This document shows positions 57,752 through 64,000 of a stretch of 64,000 bases of DNA, piece by piece (the stretch's first letter is position 1; every line of letters begins with the position of its first letter). The DNA is from Candidatus Binatia bacterium. Lineage in GTDB: Bacteria > Desulfobacterota > Binatia > UBA9968 > CAXXLF01. The DNA lies in the NCBI GenBank assembly GCA_963664015.2, contig CAXXLF010000002.1, positions 1,601,008-1,665,007 of the forward strand. The letters are read 5' to 3'. The position numbers were made by a program, and so were the translations under genes. The notes under the pieces were generated by a model, which was not told where the DNA came from, searched no databases, and saw only the letters and a program-made list of their open reading frames with translations.

Positions 57752-59230
57752 ATGGAAATTCGTTTCAAGGATCAAGGTCCGGAAAAGCTTAAAACTCACC
57801 TCTTGGCACTCCCCGTGCAGGAGCAGGGTTTGAAGGATCCGCTCCTCTTGCGCTTGGACCGCCACTTGAAAAAAAGCCTTTCCAAGCAAATTACCCGCTG
57901 TAAATTCACAGGAACCGAGGGAAGCGCGTTGCTTCAACCCACGGGAGGCCAACTCCCGGCCACCCACGTTCTCCTCCTGGGCATGGGGAAGGAGCGTGAT
58001 CAGGAAAACCATACATGGCGAAGGGCTGCTGCCCGCGCCGCAAAAGAAGCGGAAACGATCTGGGCCGAGGAGGTTGATTTCCTTCTGCCCTCTTTTGGCG
58101 ATACTCAAAGGATCGTAGGACCCATTGCCCAAGGGGCCCTGATGTCCTCATACCATTTCAACAAATATCGATCCGATGACAGACGCTCTCTACCCCTACG
58201 TTCTTTTAATCTGGTCAAGCCGGGCCTTCGCAAGACCTCACAGATGGAACGACAGGTGCGTCTAGCTCATCAACTCATAAAAGGCGTATTTCTCGCCCGC
58301 GATCTCGTGAATGAACCGCCCTCCAGGACCACTGCAAGTTATCTTGCAAAGCAGGCAGTAAAGCACTGCCGTGGACCCCGCATCAAGGTGGAAGTCTGGA
58401 ACAAGAAAAAGATCCAATCGATGGGATTGGCCGGGCTCTTGGCAGTCAACCAGGGAAGCATAGAGGAACCCCGATTTATCATTATTCATTATCAACCCAG
58501 GGGGAAAGCCAGAAAGAAAGTGGCCCTGATCGGGAAGGGGATCACTTTTGATTCCGGGGGCCTTTCCTTGAAATCCTCCAAAGCGATGGAGACGATGAAG
58601 CTGGACATGGCCGGTGCAGCTGCCGTCATCGGAGCCATGAGTGTTATAAGAGATCTGGACCCTCAGGTTCAAGTTACAGGATATATCCCAACCACCGACA
58701 ATCTACCCAGTGGGACAGCTCAAAAACCAGGCGATGTTATCCATTACCTCAATGGTAAAACCGTTGAAGTTCTCAATACCGATGCCGAAGGTAGATTGAT
58801 CCTTGCCGACGCCCTAGCCCTTGCGGCCAGGGAGAATCCTGATTGCATGGTCAATCTAGCCACCCTTACAGGTGCCTGTATGGTCGCCCTGGGGAATGAA
58901 GTGGCGGGGATATTTGGCAACGATCAATTGCTAGTGGACAAGCTGATTCATGCGGGACGGGACGGCGGAGAAAAGCTCTGGCAGCTACCCCTGGTGAAGG
59001 AGTATCGAGAAGACATCAAGAGCAGTGTAGCGGACATCAAGAACGTGGGCGGTTCCTATGGGGGCGCCATCACTGCAGCCCTGTTCCTACAGGAATTCGT
59101 CGCGCGCCGCCCCTGGGCCCACTTGGATATTGCTGGGCCTGCCTTTTCGGACAAGGAAACCACCCTCACTTCCAGAGGTGGTACGGGTTTTGGAGTCCTA
59201 ACGCTTCTCCATTTCCTATCAACCCTTTGA
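57752..59230 (+). CDS. pepA: leucyl aminopeptidase (M17)
   Basis: 492 aa with GKGITFDSGG and the NTDAEGRL signature. Confidence 0.9.
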   Translation: MEIRFKDQGPEKLKTHLLALPVQEQGLKDPLLLRLDRHLKKSLSKQITRCKFTGTEGSALLQPTGGQLPATHVLLLGMGKERDQENHTWRRAAARAAKEAETIWAEEVDFLLPSFGDTQRIVGPIAQGALMSSYHFNKYRSDDRRSLPLRSFNLVKPGLRKTSQMERQVRLAHQLIKGVFLARDLVNEPPSRTTASYLAKQAVKHCRGPRIKVEVWNKKKIQSMGLAGLLAVNQGSIEEPRFIIIHYQPRGKARKKVALIGKGITFDSGGLSLKSSKAMETMKLDMAGAAAVIGAMSVIRDLDPQVQVTGYIPTTDNLPSGTAQKPGDVIHYLNGKTVEVLNTDAEGRLILADALALAARENPDCMVNLATLTGACMVALGNEVAGIFGNDQLLVDKLIHAGRDGGEKLWQLPLVKEYREDIKSSVADIKNVGGSYGGAITAALFLQEFVARRPWAHLDIAGPAFSDKETTLTSRGGTGFGVLTLLHFLSTL

Positions 59231-59269
59231 GGACCGTTTCGGGAAAAATATTGGAGAAGGAGAGGATTT

Positions 59270-59596
59270 ATGGCTGAAATAACACAGATTGAAGACGCAA
59301 ACTTCGACGCCGAGGTTGTCCATTCGCCCCTTCCGGTACTAGTGGATTTCTGGGCACCCTGGTGCGCACCCTGCCGCGCTCTCGCTCCCGTGATTGAATC
59401 GCTGGCCGATGAATACCAGGGCAAGCTGAAATTTACCAAGCTCAATGTGGATGATAATACGGTTGCAGCATCGCGCTACGAGGTCCGGGCACTGCCCACC
59501 GTAATGATTTTCAAGGACGGCAACAAGAAGGAACAGATCGTGGGTGCCGTATCCAGCAGCAAGCTCCGCGACGCTATTGACAAGGCGCTTACCTAG
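59270..59596 (+). CDS. trxA: thioredoxin
   Basis: 108 aa with the active site WAPWCAPCR. Confidence 0.9.
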   Translation: MAEITQIEDANFDAEVVHSPLPVLVDFWAPWCAPCRALAPVIESLADEYQGKLKFTKLNVDDNTVAASRYEVRALPTVMIFKDGNKKEQIVGAVSSSKLRDAIDKALT

Positions 59597-60732
59597 AACA
59601 TAAACCGCCTCATATTGACGTTGATCAACAAGCCGACTGCGATCATTGTCGTGACCAGAGAAGACCCTCCGTAGGTCAAGAAGGGGAGTGGAATCCCTAC
59701 CACAGGGAGAAACCCGATGACCATGACTATATTGATGATTACCTGCCAACATAAAATGATTGTGGCGCCAAAGGCCAGCAAGGTTCCCAGTCGATCCCTC
59801 GCCCGCGCAACAACTCGAAAACTAAAAACAATAAGAGCCAGATAAAGCCCCAATAGGACCAAGCATCCGAAGAAGCCCCATTCCTCAGCAAAGACAGAAA
59901 AGATAAAATCCGTATGCTGTGCCGGCAAGAAGTCCAGGCGATTTTGCGACCCTTGGAGATACCCCTGGCCAAACCAACGACCAGAGCCGATAGCAATTTT
60001 AGACTGGATCGCGTGGTAGCCTGCTCCGAGAGGGTCAATATCCGGCGTAAGGAAGCTACGAATACGCGCCATCTGATATGGTTTTAAGAACTGCCACCCA
60101 ATAGGTAGCAGCGCCACACCCACTGCACCCAGCAGGAGTAGAGGACCGACCCGGCGCACGGTTATAAAGATAATGGTAAAAAAAATTAACAGGTAAATCA
60201 CTGCTGTCCCCAGATCCGGCTGCATCAGGATCATTACCAACAGAGGCACCGCCATTAAGGTTGGCAACCAGAGGTCACGCAGGCGGTAGCCCGCTGGGGG
60301 CTCATCGTACTGCAGTCTCTTTGCCAAGAGAAATACAACCACCAGTTTTGCCAACTCCGACGGCTGGAAGGAGACAATTCCGAAACTGAGCCAGCGCACA
60401 GACCCTCCGCTTCTAAACCCGACCAAGGGAACCAAGAGAAGGGAAAAAACGACAATGCCATAAAACACATATGAGAAACGTTCTATCCGGTGATAGTCGA
60501 CAGAAAAGCTCACGACCATGGCGATCAAACCGATTATTAACCAGTAGAGTTGCTTTATCGCCAGGTGGCCAAGCCCATTGCCCGAAAGGTCACTGGTAGC
60601 GCTGTTTACGGTGAGGATGCCGATCAGAGCCAATCCAATAGACAGACCGAAAATGGACCAGTCGAAGTGTGAAATGACGCGCCGATCAATATGCATGTTC
60701 AGTCTCTTCTCAACCCACCTTGGCCGCCTCAT
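59593..60732 (-). CDS. rodA: peptidoglycan glycosyltransferase RodA (SEDS family)
   Basis: 379 aa, 10-TM FtsW/RodA pattern, immediately downstream of mrdA with a 23-nt overlap. Confidence 0.9.
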   Translation of the reverse strand: MRRPRWVEKRLNMHIDRRVISHFDWSIFGLSIGLALIGILTVNSATSDLSGNGLGHLAIKQLYWLIIGLIAMVVSFSVDYHRIERFSYVFYGIVVFSLLLVPLVGFRSGGSVRWLSFGIVSFQPSELAKLVVVFLLAKRLQYDEPPAGYRLRDLWLPTLMAVPLLVMILMQPDLGTAVIYLLIFFTIIFITVRRVGPLLLLGAVGVALLPIGWQFLKPYQMARIRSFLTPDIDPLGAGYHAIQSKIAIGSGRWFGQGYLQGSQNRLDFLPAQHTDFIFSVFAEEWGFFGCLVLLGLYLALIVFSFRVVARARDRLGTLLAFGATIILCWQVIINIVMVIGFLPVVGIPLPFLTYGGSSLVTTMIAVGLLINVNMRRFMF

Positions 60733-62572
60733 AGGTCGGCCGGACTTGCTGGCCCTTCAATGCCCAGTATTTCTCGATCAGCGCCTTCGCCACCGGCGCA
60801 GCATCCGATCCGTGCCCACCATGCTCCAGTAAGACAACAACCACGATCTCCGGTCGCCCCACCGGGGCATAACCAACAAACCAGGCATGGTCCCGAACGG
60901 AATAGGGGAGGTCCTCGCTCTTGACGACTGCTCCTAACATTGCTGCAACCTGGGCCGTCCCGGTTTTTCCCGCAATCTGGATCAGCGACGATTGTGCCTT
61001 GATTCCTGTTCCCTCGTCACTATGAACCACATCTCTCAGTGCTCGATTCAAAACCGACAACGTCTTCTTCTGAATTGCCAGAGTGCCGATTTTCTCGGGC
61101 CCGTACTCTCGGATCAGCCTGCCGTCGAGAGATTCGATCTTACGTACAAACCAGGGCTGATTGAGGGTTCCCTTGTTGGCGATGGCTGCCATCAGGTTGG
61201 CGATTTGGACTGGTGTCACCGAAACGTAGCCCTGCCCGATGGCTACCGAGGGGGTTTCCCCGGGGTACCAGGGCTCTCCAAACCGTCTCTTCTTCCAACG
61301 GGAGTCGGGGATGAGACCGGCCTTTTCACCTTCCAAGGCAACACCGGTTTTTTTACCCAGTCCCAGCATGCGCGCATACCGGGCTATACGGTCGACTCCG
61401 AGCTGCTGTCCGATTTGATAGAAATAGACATCGCAGGACTCGACCAGTGCCTTGTGTAGATTGACCTCGCCATGGCCGGCGGCTTTCCAATCACGAAAGA
61501 CTCGGCCCCCAACGTCTAGGGAGCCATGGCAGGGAATAGTGGATTCGGGTCCAACCACTTTTTCCTCCAGGGCGGCGAAAGCCAAGACAATCTTGAAAAT
61601 CGAGCCGGGGGGATAGACTCCCTGAATGGCCTTATTGTGGAGCGGTTTTGCCTTATCCCGAATGAGACGGTTCCATTCGGCGGTGGTGATGCCTCGGGCG
61701 AAGGCGTTGGGGTTGAAGGATGGAGTACTGACGAGCGCGCGGATGGCACTGGTTTGGGCATCCAGGATGACCACTGCCCCTGCTTTTCCCTTAAGGGCCT
61801 GATAAGCACTGCCCTGCAGTTCCTGGTCGATCGTGAGGAATATGCTGTGGCCAGGGATGTCTTTTCTTTGATCAATAATTCTAATCTTACGCCCCTGGGC
61901 ATCGACCTCAATCTGCTGCCCTCCGTTCCGTCCGCGAAGGTACTCCTCCCATGTCTTTTCGAGACCGAACTGCCCGATTTCGTCGCCCATCTTATATCCC
62001 TCGTCGCGCAGAGTTTTCAGCTGTACGGGGCCGATTTCACCCAGGTATCCAAGGAGATGGGCCGTTACCGATTGGCTCAAATAGTTACGCCTGGGACGAA
62101 TTCTTAGCGACACCCCTGGGAGATCCATCTCATGGGTTTCCACCAGCACAACCGAGCGCCAATCGATGTCCTGCTTCAGTGTCACCTCTCTGAACGGCCG
62201 GCGACGGCTATTTCTTCCCAATTCGGCGAGGAATTTTTGTTTGGGCACTTTGAGCAGACCGGCCAAGTAAGTCAGGGTCTCTCGCGGCTTTTTCGCATCC
62301 TCGGGCACGAACAGGAGGTCGAAGGAGGGCCTGCTATCCACTAGAAGCCTTCCTTGTTGGTCAAAAATCATTCCCCGAATCCCTGGGATTGTTTTGATTC
62401 GAATCCGGTTGTTTTTGGACAAGTCTGTAAATCGCTCTCCCTCGAGAATCTGCAGCACCCAAAGGCGCACCGCAATGAGAAAGAATACAGCCACGACCCC
62501 AAGCATGAGCCGACGGGTACGCAAACGAAAAATCGGGTCTATGTCTGCCCTGGGCGAAGGAGGGAAGTTCAT
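60710..62572 (-). CDS. mrdA: penicillin-binding protein 2 (elongasome transpeptidase)
   Basis: 620 aa with SxxK (PGSIFK), SxN and KTG (GKTGTAQ) motifs. Confidence 0.9.
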   Translation of the reverse strand: MNFPPSPRADIDPIFRLRTRRLMLGVVAVFFLIAVRLWVLQILEGERFTDLSKNNRIRIKTIPGIRGMIFDQQGRLLVDSRPSFDLLFVPEDAKKPRETLTYLAGLLKVPKQKFLAELGRNSRRRPFREVTLKQDIDWRSVVLVETHEMDLPGVSLRIRPRRNYLSQSVTAHLLGYLGEIGPVQLKTLRDEGYKMGDEIGQFGLEKTWEEYLRGRNGGQQIEVDAQGRKIRIIDQRKDIPGHSIFLTIDQELQGSAYQALKGKAGAVVILDAQTSAIRALVSTPSFNPNAFARGITTAEWNRLIRDKAKPLHNKAIQGVYPPGSIFKIVLAFAALEEKVVGPESTIPCHGSLDVGGRVFRDWKAAGHGEVNLHKALVESCDVYFYQIGQQLGVDRIARYARMLGLGKKTGVALEGEKAGLIPDSRWKKRRFGEPWYPGETPSVAIGQGYVSVTPVQIANLMAAIANKGTLNQPWFVRKIESLDGRLIREYGPEKIGTLAIQKKTLSVLNRALRDVVHSDEGTGIKAQSSLIQIAGKTGTAQVAAMLGAVVKSEDLPYSVRDHAWFVGYAPVGRPEIVVVVLLEHGGHGSDAAPVAKALIEKYWALKGQQVRPTYEAAKVG

Positions 62573-62580
62573 TGCTTCAC

Positions 62581-63084
62581 CTAGGAGACATTTCGAAGCG
62601 GCGCCAATCGATTCTCGGCCCAGCTTAGGAGAAAAAATATAACGGGAGCCAAAAAGGCTACCGATAGGGCCTCAAGAAAGATATATCTCAAGGCGCCTGA
62701 CCACGCGTTTTGCGTGGTCAGGAAAATACTCCAAAGGATGACGATAGCACTCACTTTGACCCAGGAAGCTAAAAAGACGAGAGTAGCGGTAAACAATGGG
62801 CTACGGATCCAGATATGGCGCGAGCTCAGATGCACAGAGAGAAACACCAGGGACAGGGCGAATGCGTTCACCCCAAGAATGGGACTGGAAAAAACATCAA
62901 CCGTGTAGCCCATGAAAAAGGCTCCGATTGCAGTGCTGACGGAGGGCCGACTGAGCGCCCAATAAACGCAGATGACCAGTGTCAAATCGGGCACAACGGG
63001 ACCTAAAGGCAGGAGGTGCAGGAGCGTGGTTTGCAGAAGTACACTGAGAAAAGCAACAAACAAAAACAGTACGAACAGTTTCAT
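62581..63084 (-). CDS. mreD: rod shape-determining protein MreD
   Basis: 167-aa polytopic protein located between mreC and mrdA. Confidence 0.75.
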   Translation of the reverse strand: MKLFVLFLFVAFLSVLLQTTLLHLLPLGPVVPDLTLVICVYWALSRPSVSTAIGAFFMGYTVDVFSSPILGVNAFALSLVFLSVHLSSRHIWIRSPLFTATLVFLASWVKVSAIVILWSIFLTTQNAWSGALRYIFLEALSVAFLAPVIFFLLSWAENRLAPLRNVS

Positions 63085-63124
63085 CTAAGGCTCAATGAAA
63101 GCAGAAACCGGACCTGAGATCCTG

Positions 63125-63958
63125 TTAACCTTTTGTGGAATCATACTTCGCGGATACCACCAGGACCTCTTCGATTCGTGAGGGATCGATGGCCAGTTGC
63201 ACCCCGACATCCTGGAAGAGGCCGTAATTTTTCTTTTGTACCCTGCTGACCTGGCCGACCAGCAGCCCCTTGGGGAATATCCCATCCAATCCTGAGGTTA
63301 CCAATCGATCACCTTCATGAATTTCCTCATTCCTTGTGATGTACTTCATGACCGGGTCTTGCTCCAGAGAACCAGAAACGATTCCCCGGGCCCGAGTTCG
63401 CTGCACGATCACATCGACGCCGCTATTGTGGTCCGTCAAAAGTAAAACTTTCGCACTACTAGATGACACAGCCAGGACCTGCCCCACGATGCCACCGGCA
63501 GAGACAACGGCCATTCCTTTACGAACTCCTGAATCAGATCCCTTGTTGATCGTTAAGCTTCGAGACCAGGTGCTAGCGCTGTTACCGATAACGGCAGCTG
63601 CAATGGCCTTTCGGAAGCCGCGCCCCTGGACGTTGAGTAAACTTTTCAGTCGAAAGTTTGTCGCTTTGGCTTCCCGAAGGCCTTCCATTTCCTGATGTAG
63701 CTCCTGGATTTGGTCTTTGAGCTGTTGGTTTTCGAGCCAAAGGCTGTCTAAAGTCCTAAAGCCATGCTGGATATCCTGCACCCCATTGGCCACAGATGTC
63801 AGAGCCCTCTGGAAAGGCCGCATCGACTCCAGGAGAAGAGGGCCAATGGGATCTCTCTTTAAGTAGCCAGTAGCCACGGAACCGACGATAGAGACGGAGA
63901 CCAACAGGCAAAAGAACGAACTAAAGACAACCTGATGACTGCGAAAGAATGCGATCAC
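63125..63958 (-). CDS. mreC: rod shape-determining protein MreC
   Basis: 277 aa with an N-terminal TM segment, a coiled-coil (LENQQLKDQIQELHQEMEGL) and a beta-barrel domain (GIVGQV, GLDGIFPKGL.VG.V). The frame stays open to the window edge, so the start could lie further upstream. Confidence 0.8.
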   Translation of the reverse strand: MIAFFRSHQVVFSSFFCLLVSVSIVGSVATGYLKRDPIGPLLLESMRPFQRALTSVANGVQDIQHGFRTLDSLWLENQQLKDQIQELHQEMEGLREAKATNFRLKSLLNVQGRGFRKAIAAAVIGNSASTWSRSLTINKGSDSGVRKGMAVVSAGGIVGQVLAVSSSSAKVLLLTDHNSGVDVIVQRTRARGIVSGSLEQDPVMKYITRNEEIHEGDRLVTSGLDGIFPKGLLVGQVSRVQKKNYGLFQDVGVQLAIDPSRIEEVLVVSAKYDSTKG

Positions 63959-64000
63959 GGATAGTTCTAATTTTTCTAATGTGGACCACTGGCGCCAGTT

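Overview
64-kb chromosomal window from a moderately GC-rich (roughly 55% by eye) bacterium with a Gram-negative-type envelope (lnt, mreC-mreD-mrdA-rodA, msrPQ, L,D-transpeptidase, ptsP-Ntr). I cannot assign a taxon from the sequence. There are about 60 protein-coding loci and I recognised no rRNA, tRNA, CRISPR array, transposase, integrase, phage gene or canonical defence system. Three things stand out. (1) About 15 loci, 12 of them in the first 23 kb, are visibly broken. The lesions are in-frame stops of all three kinds (TAA, TAG, TGA), 1-nt frameshifts (several in homopolymer runs) and internal or terminal deletions. Long housekeeping genes (gltB 4.6 kb, ptsP, mrdA, pepA, lnt, rodA) and the whole 53-64 kb block are intact. 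This looks more like real gene erosion of accessory, transport and catabolic functions than uniform sequencing error, but only read-level data can settle that. (2) A family of modular, MITE-like intergenic repeats (about 190-440 bp, at least 5-6 copies) is present. One copy has perfect 13-bp terminal inverted repeats. Two copies share an internal palindrome that differs by a compensated double substitution. Two inverted copies bracket a 5.1-kb segment. (3) Several gene pairs look under-described: a divergent IspH-like protein with a ferredoxin-like protein missing one Cys ligand; a translationally coupled HExxH peptidase-like / Ddl-like ATP-grasp pair behind NUDIX and rhomboid genes; a Lys-rich SWIB-domain protein next to a sirtuin; and a stand-alone AAA ATPase behind a near-consensus promoter whose spacer is a poly-C9 tract, followed by a palindrome. 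No compact, obviously novel multi-gene system is demonstrable from sequence alone. Product calls rest on motif recognition in the supplied translations and my own re-translation of gaps, not on database searches.
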